From the NCBI RefSeq assembly GCF_964355755.1, contig NC_092673.1, forward strand, positions 3,658,001-3,722,000: 64,000 bases of DNA, in the 5' to 3' direction. Positions 52,985-64,000 of this stretch are shown here, one piece after another. Made by a program: the position numbers and the translations under genes. The DNA is from Antedon mediterranea (taxonomy: Eukaryota > Animalia > Echinodermata). The notes beneath the pieces are model-generated. The model ran no database searches. It worked only from the letters and a program-made list of their open reading frames with translations, and was not told the origin of the DNA. The first letter of the stretch is position 1. Every line of letters starts with the position of its first letter.

Positions 52985-53108
52985 GCCTAATAGGACCCCA
53001 GCTCCATATACACACCAAATGGCCTCCCATCCAAGCTCTTACCATGCCCAACGTTGCTTAACTTCGGTGATATGACGAGAACTGGTGTTTCAACGTGGTA
53101 AGGCCGTA
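52985..53108 (-). pseudogene. 5S rRNA-derived sequence (pseudogene or SINE3 head)
   Basis: Minus strand TACGGCCTTACCACGTTGAAACACCAGTTCTCGTCATATCACCGAAGTTAAGCAACGTTGGGCATGGTAAGAGCTTGGATGGGAGGCC resembles invertebrate 5S rRNA over about 90 nt, then diverges. Confidence 0.8.
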
Positions 53109-53213
53109 TTATTTCATTTTGTAAAAAAATAGTACGTTACAATTATATTTTTCTTTGAATATATCAAAGTATCAACTACCGTATATAAAACCAAGAAAGA
53201 ATCCTTACCTCTT

Positions 53214-56200
53214 TCACAAGCATACCGATGCCTTAGCCCCTTTCATAACATAAAAACCGAATGAGAGAGGCGGTAATAAGATGCCATCTGTTGGGCTCAA
53301 TGTCTTTGGCAACAAGGCTGGTAACGTTCTTTCGTCGATCATTTTGAGCTTTTTGCCATTCAAATCAACTATCCTGAAAAATTACAATGTATTTTTACGA
53401 ACTTTTCCCAAAAGATTAATACTAAATGTGTTTACAATAGACACACGGAAAGACTATACGCAAAGTAGCAACAAAAACATATTTGCATACGCAAAAATAA
53501 ATAAATCGGTTTATGGTTGCTTACTGTGATCTTATGTCGCCGTTTCCGTGTGGTGTTAGCAAATACTGACCAATACCCTTAAGATCTTTGAATTGCTCAA
53601 TAGCTACATTCTTGCTCCGAGTCTTGTCCAGATTTAGTAAAACCACTGTGACGTCACCTTTGGTATATTCACTAATTTGAAGGAAAGTTAAGAACATGAA
53701 ATTGTAGACGTACGACATGTCCGGGATGAAAAGTTTTTTGAATAATTACGCATGCGCATTTATCAATGGGCGGAGTTATAGACATAAACGTTTAAGATTA
53801 CTACATTGTATGGCTAGTCGTGCTTTACTTTTAATAGCTTAGATACAGAAAAGTACTTCAAAGTATCTCATGTCTAGTATTGAAATTACTTTATAATTAC
53901 GTACGTAGGCATATTATTTTTACTTTCTATGGACCAGAGATTCCGAAATAAAAGATTGAATGAATTAATGAATGAATTATCTTTAGGGAATGGGACTTTA
54001 AATTAGTTGATTGAACAAACCTAAAGTTACGTTTATATTATTTACCTGCTTGGTAATGTGCAATGCGCATAAGCACGGATCAGTCTCAAATTCGTATCCC
54101 TTCCGTGTGCAGACGAAGTGACGTTTAAAACTTTCTGACCAACGAGTCGTTTATAGAGCAAAGACAGCCAATAATCCTTAAAAAAAAAACCCGATTGTCT
54201 TTATTTCCAATCTAAGGTCGCTAGTATTGAAGATAAAGTGGGTGGGTCAGTGGGAATGTTGGGTGTGAGTAAGAAGAGGGTAGACGGAGTAAGAAGGAGA
54301 AGAGGGTAGACGGAGTAAGGAGAAGAGTGTAGACGGAGTAAGGAGAAGAGGGTAGACGGAGTAAAGAGAAGAGTGTAGACGGAGTAAGGAGAAGAGTGTA
54401 GACGGAGTAAGGAGGAGATGGTAGATGGAGTAAAGAGAAGAGGGTAGACGGAGTAAGAAGGAGAAGAGGGTAGACGGAGTAAGGAGAAGAGTGTAGACGG
54501 AGTAAGGAGAAGAGGGTAGACGGAGTAAAGAGAAGAGTGTAGACGGAGTAAGGAGAAGAGTGTAGACGGAGTAAGGAGAAGAGTGTAGACGGAGTAAGGA
54601 GGAGATGGTAGATGGAGTAAGGAGAAGAGTGTAGACGAAGTAAGGAGAAGAGGGTAGACGGAGTAAAGAGAAGAGTGTAGACGGAGTAAGGAGAAGAGTG
54701 TAGACGGAGTAAGGAGAAGAGGGTAGACGGAGTAAGGAGAAGAGGGTAGACGGAGTAAGGAGAAGAGGGTAGACGGAGTAAGGAGAAGAGTGTAGACGGA
54801 GTAAAGAGAAGAGGGTAGACGGAGTAAGGAGAAGAGTGTAGACGGAGTAAAGAGAAGAGTGTAGGCGGAGTAAGGAGAAGAGTGTAGACGGAGTAAGGAG
54901 AAGAGGGTAGACGGAGTAAGGAGAAGAGGGTAGACGGAGTAAGGAGGAGATGGTAGACGGAGTAAGGAGAAGAGGGTAGACGGAGTAAGGAGAAGAGGGT
55001 AGACGGAGTAAGGAGAAGAGTGTAGACGTAGTAAGGAGAAGAGGGTAGATGGAGTAAGGAGAAGAGACTTAAGCTGATGTAGAAGTAGAGTATCAATGAC
55101 GCTGTGATGAAACATCCCCCAATTTCCGAAATCAAGCTCAAGTAGTATACGTATGAAACGCCATATGTGCCAAAATATTTATCTTTTTACTAATATTAAA
55201 TCAAAACTGCGTCTGGAACCAAGACTACCTTGTGTCACACAGTGGTGCCTCAACAATGTTTCAGGGAATCGCACGTTTGTGTCACACAGTGCTGTCTCAA
55301 CACCAAGATATAAAAGAAAACAAAATAATATCTAAAACAAGGTCGATGTCTTACCGGAAGAGGATCCAATTCAGATGTTAAAAGCGAGTAACTGCCTCCA
55401 TAAAGTGTTTGTCTAATTACTGTATCAATTCCATACAGAGCCGCTATGCACAGTTTATCCAGCCACCTGATATCAAATATATAACATTTAAAATATGTAT
55501 ACATGTAGATATCATTTTTACAAAATTAAGTGATATCGATCACATTTTACCATCAGTCAGCTGAGCTATTTGTGTGGGCCTATTATTATTGTTGTTGTGC
55601 GATGGAAAGTTCAGCAAGGGCCAAGTACAACTTTTGATTTGCTAGACAAGTTTTATACGAAACAAGTATAAGAAGAATCAAATGCAACGACATCATATGT
55701 AAAATTCAATACTCTCTGTATCAGTTTCTCTTCCTTTCAACCTATTTCACTTTAGCTTAGAATTATGATCAGATATTCGTACACTACTGATGATGAAGTC
55801 AAAATGAAATATAAACATCATTTTAACAGTGGACCTCTTGGTATACATAATATACTAAAGTTCTGTCTACACTATCAAACTTTATGTGACAAATAAATGT
55901 GATGTGCCCATGGACATGATGATGTCATATCACTACCATATTTGGGAATACCACTACCATATTTAGGCACATCACACTTTTTTTGTCAAACTAGTTTGAT
56001 AGTGTAGACAGAGCTTTACATGTCTGAATGATATACTGATGGCATGAAGGGTCGATACTTTTAAAAATGAAACTAATTATTTCTTTCGGTTCAGTAGAAT
56101 TGGCTAAATTTATCTGTATATGAAAGTATTTTATGCTTACATGAAACCAGAAGCATATGCATTTGATAGGCCTTTCGTACCACCACCATAAGTAGAACTG

Positions 56201-59200
56201 GTTTCACCAAGCCATATCTTGGCGCTAGGGTTATACTTATACACGACTTCATTCATCGTCTGTATCTCGCGTATTAAAGAATCTAAAAGATCTGGATCTG
56301 TAAAATTATCGTCGGTTGCTATTCTACCATCCATGTAATACTGATGCCATGTTGTTGCGTTGATTACCTCGCCGCCGCCATTTTGATAGAATCTGTAAAT
56401 ATTATAACAATACGGCAAATAAAGATGTTGATCGATTCGTGGGTTATTTATTTTTTGCCATATTTTTTATACACATCCAACGGAGAAAAACTCGCCAATA
56501 AATTGATGGATAAATTGTAATTGATCGTACTAAAATAAACCTGGACACAAGGTCAGGATTGAATCCTGGGGCCCGGGAGCCAATCGCGTTAACCACTGAG
56601 CTATACGGCTCATTCTAACGATAAAATATCAATAAAATACTTCACACAATTAACACCACAAACTTTAAACACAAACGCCTTCCAAAAAACGCACATGCTT
56701 TCTGAGTCTCTAATACCAGTCTATTAACAAGCTACAAGTTACTGTGACGAAACTAGGATTCGAACCTAGGACATTATGATTCGTCAATCATCTTGTAGTC
56801 GTAAATTTAATACACTTTTCTTACTCATCCATGAATATCTGAGAATGTTAACTTTATCCATCTGTAGGCCCTCTGCCCACTCGTGGACAAGTTACGGACA
56901 TACGAACGAAACGAGGATTCGAACCTAGGACATTATGGTTTGTCAAGCATTTTGTAATCGTAAATTTAATACATTTTTCTTACTCATCCATGAATATCTG
57001 GGAATGTTCACTTAATCCGTGTGTAGGCCTTCTCCCTATTCGTGGGCAAGTGACGGACGGACCCATAATAAAATTGTGCCGATATTTGACAGAAGCATCA
57101 AGTAGACTTCGAAGATGACGGTAGTCCTGGGCAAGCTGTTTACTTGTAACTGTTGTGTTGGTTACTTTCCCATCTTCAAAGGCATTTGGTTCTAGAGTAA
57201 TATAAACAAAATTATTAAATATTTCGCTCAATCAATTCAGCGGTATAGAATATTATACAGCTCACTATGTCGGTCGGTCGGTTGGTCGGATGGTCGGTCG
57301 GTAAACACTAACTCAAATTTGAGCACGCGACTGCAGCCATGTATATGGCCTAGTTTGCATACAAAAGGCTTGTCCTTATGAATGCAAATCGGTATAATTA
57401 TTTTGGCAATAAATTAAAATCATGGAGAAATATTCAATCGGAAATTTTGCTCGTAAGACCTAGCGTAAAAGTCAAATAGGCCTACCACTACCACTACCAC
57501 TACCACCACCACTACTATTATTTCATGCGTCGACAGTTATAAACTGTCTATCGAATGATATGATATTGTATACTGTTATAATTTATTTGCTCTTGCATAT
57601 TCCCAACATTAGTTTAAAGCTAGGTTTCCACTAGGACGCAACGCAAGCAAGTTGACCGATGACAAGCGACCGTTTCGAATAATTCATCGTGTGTGATTGG
57701 TCAAATCCCTTACGTTGCGTTACGTCGTTGTGTTGCGTTTCTAGAGCGTGGTTCCCACTAGCGACGCAACAGAAGGACGTAACGCAACGGAAGTGAATTC
57801 ACCAATCACAAGCGATGGCTTATTCGCTTGTGATTGCTAACTGTCTATAACTTCGCTGTCATTGGTTAAAACGCTTGCGTTGCGTTTACGTCCTTGCGTT
57901 ACGTTCTAGTGGGAACCAAGCTTAGTGGGAACCACGCTTAAAACATTTACACCAAGGCAGATATCAACAAATAGAATGTATGGATTCTTCATACAAGCAG
58001 AATTAATTTGTCACCGAGCCTACCGTTCCCTAGCTCCCAGTAAAGTATGTAGCCTTGTTTGGCGTTGTATTCCAGCAGCTTGCGGAAATTAGTATCATCC
58101 CATTGTTGTCCTGTGCGTAATAGGACATTTACGTCAAATATCAACTGCCAGCCAACTTGTGTACTGAACTTATTAATATCATCCCAGTCAGCATCTGATA
58201 AAAACATATATAAGATATATACATCACAACACGGACAGTATAATACAATGGAAGAAGGCAAATCAACAACTCCCTGGATAAAGTGTGTGTCTATCCTCTA
58301 ACATTATTCTAGAGAAGCTTAAGTTCTGTCTACATCAAACTTTATGTGACAAAAAAAATGTGATGTGCCCATATAATAGACATGACGATGTCATATCACT
58401 ACTATTTTCTGTGTTGGAGAGACGTCACACACTACCGGTGACAGCGTTTTCAATGCCTTTGTCTCTCCTCGGCTCCGTCTTCTACTTTTATATTTGATAT
58501 TTCTATATTTTGTAAAGTTTATCATGTCTATTGCAGAAATGAATAAAATTTTAAAGAATAAATAAATAAATACACATTTCGCGCTTTTTATTTTGTTATG
58601 TATGTTATTCTTACCAGACATGGTAAAGTTTGTAAAGTCTTTGTGTTTTGTTCCGTGTAAGCCTCCATTGCTGTAGATTAAAAAGTCGGCGCTCGTTCCT
58701 CCAAGGCGAAGATAACTTGGGCTCAGTGCCGTGGATAGTGTTTGCAACTGTGGAGAACTTAATCAAATAAAACGTAAGAACATTCGTCCTGCAAATGAAG
58801 TATAGGCCAGTACTTAATAACTTTCGAGACATTTTGAGGACATACATTGTATCAAGATCGGCCTATAAATACACTCAATTAACAAATCAAAGTCCTTATA
58901 AGTAGGTATATGCCTATAATACCTCTCTGTGAAGTAATTGATTACGATACAATTATAATTATATTCGTGCTAATACGTTGCTAACCTCATCCACAGCCGA
59001 ACCAGCACTCACCTCGTCTTTAAATTTTCACCAACCATCTCAATTCACCATCACAGATCGTCATATTTTTTAGGCCTATTAATAATTATATTTAAAGCAT
59101 TTTTGCCTCGTTTGTTTTTAACCTCGGCCTTGTCTAACTCATTCGGAAGTCTTACCTAAAATTCAACTTTCCCTGACTCCATTGTTTCTGGACTTCACTC

Positions 59201-59379
59201 GTATCAATGGCTACCGATAAAAATCGTTTATTGACAACATTGACAGCTTGTCCTTTATCAATAAAAAGTTTGATATGATCGACGTTACTTCCGACATGAT
59301 TCTTAATCCACAAACATGCATAACATGGAATAGAAAAGACACATAGAAGATAAAACCAACGGTGAAAGTGATTAAACAT
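53214..59379 (-). CDS. HPSE: Heparanase-like endo-beta-glucuronidase (GH79), about 515 aa
   Basis: Exons 59379-59156 (signal peptide, [11 protein letters not shown]), 58757-58615 ([16 protein letters not shown]), 58194-58024 (WELGN), 57191-56984 (EPN), 56392-56141 ([21 protein letters not shown]), 55466-55355 (WLDKL..VIRQ..DPLP), 54176-54046 ([19 protein letters not shown]), 53671-53525, 53373-53214 (LNG..L.M...TLP..SFGFYV..A.VCL*). Both catalytic Glu residues are present. Confidence 0.93.
54270..55067. repeat. 23-bp purine-rich minisatellite, about 35 copies, in heparanase intron 6
   Basis: Unit GTAGACGGAGTAAGGAGAAGAG(G/T); explains ORFs 54201-55115 and 54221-55141. Confidence 0.95.
55859..56015. 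mobile_element. MITE family 1 copy
   Basis: AGTTCTGTCTACACTATCAAAC...GTTTGATAGTGTAGACAGAGCT. Confidence 0.85.
56543..56611 (-). mobile_element. Degenerate tRNA-derived fragment (SINE head)
   Basis: Minus strand GAGCCGTATAGCTCAGTGGTTAACGCG...GGATTCAATCC has A-box and B-box-like motifs but no complete cloverleaf. Confidence 0.5.
56746..57058. repeat. About 159-bp tandem duplication overlapping the end of heparanase exon 4
   Basis: 56746-56899 is similar to 56905-57058 (shared GGATTCGAACCTAGGACATTATG and CTTACTCATCCATGAATATCTG). Confidence 0.85.
57618..57938. mobile_element. Nested MITE family 2: inner copy 57745-57922 inside the TIR of an older copy
   Basis: TTC-TAG[AGCGTGG...CCAAGCT]TAG-TGGGAACC: 3-bp TAG duplication. 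Confidence 0.85.
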
Positions 59380-61548
59380 AGTTTCTACTTCTGAATTCAG
59401 TTAGCTACTCTGAACCAACGACCGGAAGGAAACGAGCGTTTGTTGAACCATGGAACTATAGTGCCATAACGTAGTAAATTCGTCACGATTATGCATTTTA
59501 CCATTACGTCACACCTTTTACTATATGCAAATACGGCAAGCTGGATTTTTCATGTATTTTAGAACAGCTGATAGTGATACCGTTTAATGTCTTAATGATC
59601 CTAATATTATCTGAGTTGATCTATTATTATCCTAATGTTGTGTATAACAATGTTTACACTCTCAATACGAATTGTACACATACCAAACATGTCATTTTTG
59701 CATGCGGAATAGCTCATGTGTAACGTAAAGAAAAGAAATACCCTGGACGAATTATTCCAGTTTAAAAGTATATTGATGGCGCAATATTTCTTTATTGTTA
59801 TGTTGTTACGGATTTATGCTTTCTTTTCAGGATTTAATAGGCCTTTCCGTTTTGGTTTTGTTGGTATTTTTGTTGTTTATTATTTAAAAGCACTCATGTT
59901 AATCAGTGGTGTTCGTAACTAGGTTGTAATATTGGTTCGTATCTGTATTTTTTATTTAGTGAATAGGGCGTATTTTTGTTCAGTTATACTTGCTCGTCGA
60001 TATGTTCTACAGTGTACGCTTTAGTTTACTTATAATAAACTTAATTAAGCGAAATGGTAGAGGTTGTGATTGCTACTATGGTATCAACATTACCCGTCTC
60101 TGTGTAATTCATTTTGCTTGAATGACAGTATAGGCTACAGGTTTGTTCCAATGTTAAAGTAGGCCTATATTAAAATAGACAGGACCTGCCAAACTATAGT
60201 AAGGGGAGGGAACTGTCTCACTCTACACTATTCCTTTAGATTTAGGTTAGGTTTTACAATCATAACAATGATATTTATCATTATATTGAATGTATTTTAG
60301 TCAAGTATTACACAAGTCACAAGTCGATTTATTTGTTCCAGAAAGAAAATATCATAACATTAATAGAAAACAATGTAGGACCAGCCTTCCATTAAGAAGG
60401 CCAAGGCCGCATGCATGAATAGACAAAAGCCTCACTAGACAGTCTGATACAAATGTATTTAACTATTGGTATAATATAAATCCGTAACCCTCTACCTCCA
60501 CACCAACCCACTTCGATCACGCCACACGCACACCATTATACTAGTCTAGGTCCCACGTAACGTTTTTTAAACTTGTGGCGAGGGAATCCTTAGATGGCCG
60601 GAAATGGTACGCTCGCACGTAAAATTCACGATAAATAGAAGTGATACTCTATATCGGACTATACAGTAGCAAACAGATCGTATCACGCTGTTTTTTCCGC
60701 CAGTAAAAAAAAGCGAAAACCAATAGGATAACATTTTTTTGGTAGGTAGCCTACTTCCAGTAATTTGATCAATTCTAGCAATTAAAATCAATGAATAAAA
60801 ATTAAGTATTATCAATTAATAATTAAAACAATTTAGAAAAAAAAATGTGAAGCTGCTGCTATAAATATATTGAGCAAAGCGTTAAATTGTTAAATAAGTC
60901 AGTAAAACCACAATTTCCATTCATTTTCATTTATCCACATAAACTGTACAACCACCATCGAAATTTGCAGAAAGAAGCAATTAAAAACTGTTATTTCAAA
61001 GTTCGGAACGTCCGTAATTATTACGGAAATTCGCTCAAATATTACGGACGTGGGGAAATGAAGATAAATATAGTCTTTTCCAACCCTGGACTTCTATAAC
61101 GTTAATTAGTTAATATTATAATATGATGAAATGGGATCTAAATTTAAATTTAATGGCAGAAAAAAACATTTAGTATGAAATTAAGGTGTTTCCCGGGCAA
61201 CTGGGGCAACACCCCCGTGTCCGCCCCTGATTAGTAAAAAGATTTTGGCACATATGGAGTTTCATACGTATACGTGACTTGTTTTCATACAAATATCGAA
61301 AAGCCGACTGGTGAACTAAAATAAAAAACTACAGACTTATGGGCAAGTCTACCTATCCTGTATTCATGTTCAATAATAATATTTGTAAAATACAATAGGC
61401 CTAGTTTTATTTCACTAGACGGCGCTATTTACTTTGGTTCCCGGACAAAGATAATACCAATACCCAACTGTTGATCTTATTTGGAATAACATAAACATGA
61501 TTTTTGTTTAGGCTGAAGTACTATGCGTTACATTGTCAGGTGCTCAAG

Positions 61549-63398
61549 ATGAATTGGGGATACCTTGTTGTTATGTCTGGATTCATAATGTACACACTAT
61601 TTTACGGTGTTCTTTACAACTATAACCTTCTGAACATCGAATTCAAGCACCATTTCAATGCATCCGCTACTGGAACAGGTACGTGATTCAGTATCCGTTT
61701 TAAATTATGAACATCGTTTAGGCCTACCTATCCTGATGAATTCTTCTATGCATATTACCCTTGGCCGGATAGGCCTACTGAAATATAATAATGTATGAAC
61801 TAGGCCTTAAAACGAAAATGAATACATTAGGATCTCACTGTACAAAATAAAATGCTAAATTAACACAAAAACACGAACGTTTGTTGCTTAGTAGCCAGAG
61901 GCCTATATAATTATTTTTATTTCATTCTTAATTCAGCTTGGTTCCCACTAGAACGTAACGCAAGGACGTAAACGCAACGCAAGCGTTTTAACCAATCGCA
62001 AGCGAAGTTATAGACAGTTAGCAATCACAAGCAAATAAGCCATCGCTTGTGATTGGTCAATTCACTTGCGTTGCGTTACGTCCTTCTGTTGCGTCGCTAG
62101 TGGGAACCACGCTTTATATTCTTTACTTAAACGCAAGCAATAATAATGAGTATACCTAATACGATAAATTTACACTAATCATACCAAAAATATAGCTTTT
62201 ACACACATTATAATGACAAAGATAAGAATGATTTAATCGTGTCGTAAATATTCTACACGCATGAAGCAAACTCGTCTTAATATTACCATACTATTGTATT
62301 GTATTGTATTTTATTGTATAGTATTGATTGTGTTTTCCTGCCAAGAAAACAATTATCATTGTACTATGTATGAATGACTTAATAAATCGAATCTGAATCT
62401 AATAAGTAACCATATTAACAAAAATAACGCTCGTAAATATTAAGCGTACATTATAACAAAAACACAAACATCTGTAGCTTCCGTTTTTCTTAATAAGGCA
62501 TAATAGGCCTAGTTTGTTTTTTTTTTGGGGGGGGGGGGGTGGGGGGGGGGAAACATATTACTGTATTATACTATTTTCCCTTGAAATATTTAGTAGTTGG
62601 TAAGTATATAATGAGTGAGTGGCCGAGTGGTTAAGACAGTGGAACCGTAATTACGTAGCCATAACATTGGCAGGGGTTCGAGGCTCACTCGACTCCATGG
62701 TTCTGGTGGTAGAACGAGTCTTCTCGGATAAGGACTATAAACCGTAGGTCCAGAGTACACATCTAGCTTGTGTGCACTTTAAAGAACCTAGTACATCTTT
62801 CGAGACGCGTAGGGGGTTACCCTGGCGTATTAGTACATCACAGCCACTGTTCACCAACTGAGCCCTCTGGGAGACCAGTCTTTGATTGAAGGGAGGTTAC
62901 CCAGTATAAATATATATTTCAATCAATAATTTGTTTCTCCGGACATCTTCTCCAATTTCATAGCTTTTTTTGCAAATATCAAGAAAACACAGTGAATGCA
63001 TGCCGAACACATAGATATGTATTTGTATATATTTGTGTGTGAGAAATACAAAGAACACAAAGTATTTAAATGTCCTAATCGATATAAATTCATCTTCATA
63101 GCGCTTCCAGGTTCCATTGCAATTATGTCTAGTGGAGTATCTGCATCTGTGGTCACCTACATCTATCAGGTCATCGGTCACCGCAAGACCATATGCATTG
63201 GCGTTGCCTTGTCGTCTCTTGGCCTACTCGCAACTTCATTTGTACATGACATACAGGTTGTGTGCATTACATATGGGGTAATGTTTGGACTGGGTTGTGC
63301 TTTCATGCATCTACCGTTCGTAAGCGTGACGTCATGTTATTTTAAGGGCCGGTATTTAACCAGGGTCCTCTGCTTCCAGTTTGTCGGGGCAAGCGTTG
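61549..63398 (+). CDS. Monocarboxylate transporter (SLC16/MFS) family, first two coding exons; gene continues beyond the window
   Basis: Exon 61549-61678 (MNWGYLVVMSGFIMYTLFYGVLYNYNLLNIEFKHHFNASATGT, MCT TM1 motif WG..VV) and exon 63102-63398 (..IGHRKTICIGVALSSLGLLATSF..ITYGVMFGLGCAF..SCYF), joined in phase 1. Confidence 0.8.
62613..62927 (+). mobile_element. tRNA-derived SINE, near full length
   Basis: A box TGGCCGAGTGG, B box GGTTCGAGGC, central TCGGATAAGGACTATAAACCGTAGGTCC...GCACTTTAAAGAACC, CAAT-repeat tail; other copies at 42841-42996 (-) and about 11458-11582 (+, degraded). Confidence 0.85.
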
Positions 63399-63712
63399 GT
63401 AAGTATAGGCCGCGCCTATAGACATTGTGATAACTCTTGACAAGGTAAACATGGACAGTAAATTTAGGATAGATGTCATGGTCATCCTGCGACATGACGC
63501 TTTCCACTGTAACGCATGGTTCCCACTAGTGACGCATAGTAACCCAACCACGCAACGTAAGAAGATGCCTTTATACAATAAATGTGTTTTCCCCAGCCTG
63601 CCTGCGATGTTTGTTGCACTATTGCGTCGACGGTTCCCACTTGTGGTTACGCAATACAGCACTTTGCGTCGATACGTCGCTGCGTTGCGTCGCTAGTGGG
63701 AACCACGCTTAA

Positions 63713-64000
63713 AGATGTATTGTCCCCCTGCAAAATAATTGTTTTAAATTTTTTTTTTTTTAATAGGCCATTTTAATGTCACATAATAGTTATTGACTTC
63801 GACCAAAAATTGTATCGAAAGTTTCAGGTTTTCATGGTACTCTAAGCTCCTTAATTTCATTAATCAACCTTTTGAATGGTTTAAAAATATAGTTAATGGA
63901 TGTTTTGTTGAATTTAACCATTTATCATGTTATTTTATAAGTGAAAACATTATTTTTTTCATTCACTTTATTAAAACTACAAAATAATAACATATTCAAA
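63713..64000. mobile_element. Kolobok-like TTAA element, left end (runs off the window)
   Basis: TTAA|AGATGTATTGTCCCCC..., same terminus and proximal sequence as 19681-19985. Confidence 0.65.

Noticed and set aside
52985-53108. Functional 5S rRNA gene
   Set aside because: Many substitutions, divergent 3' end, no oligo-T terminator, solitary copy.
54201-55141. Two overlapping 300-aa Leu/Ser/Pro-rich ORFs
   Set aside because: Stop-free frames of the 23-bp satellite inside a heparanase intron.
62613-62695. Possible tRNA gene
   Set aside because: No proper acceptor or anticodon stems, and it continues into sequence repeated elsewhere, so it is a SINE head.

Overview
AT-rich, intron-containing animal genomic DNA; the gene and repeat content suggests a marine invertebrate, possibly an echinoderm (inference only). 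I reconstructed six protein-coding genes by hand from ORFs and splice sites: (1) a DUF985/Cupin_5 protein with an intronless CDS and a bacterial-looking sequence (+, 2778-3215); (2) GOLGA7/ERF4 (-, 5 coding exons, 7637-14359), whose last intron is U12-type; (3) FADS6 with a single coding exon (+, 16006-17082); (4) a 17-exon receptor tyrosine kinase with FN3-like ectodomain and a non-RD HGD catalytic loop (+, 29044-52084); (5) a 9-exon heparanase (GH79) lacking the long vertebrate linker (-, 53214-59379); (6) the first two coding exons of an SLC16/MCT-type transporter (+, from 61549). An intact, recent Gmr1-like Gypsy LTR retrotransposon (32900-38842, integrase upstream of RT) sits in a kinase intron, nested inside a TTAA-type MITE. 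Also present: two abundant Harbinger-like MITE families (some self-nested), Kolobok-like and Ginger-like non-autonomous elements, a tRNA-derived SINE, a LINE 3' fragment, a 5S rRNA-derived sequence and several minisatellites. All exon models and family calls come from reading and recall, not database searches.
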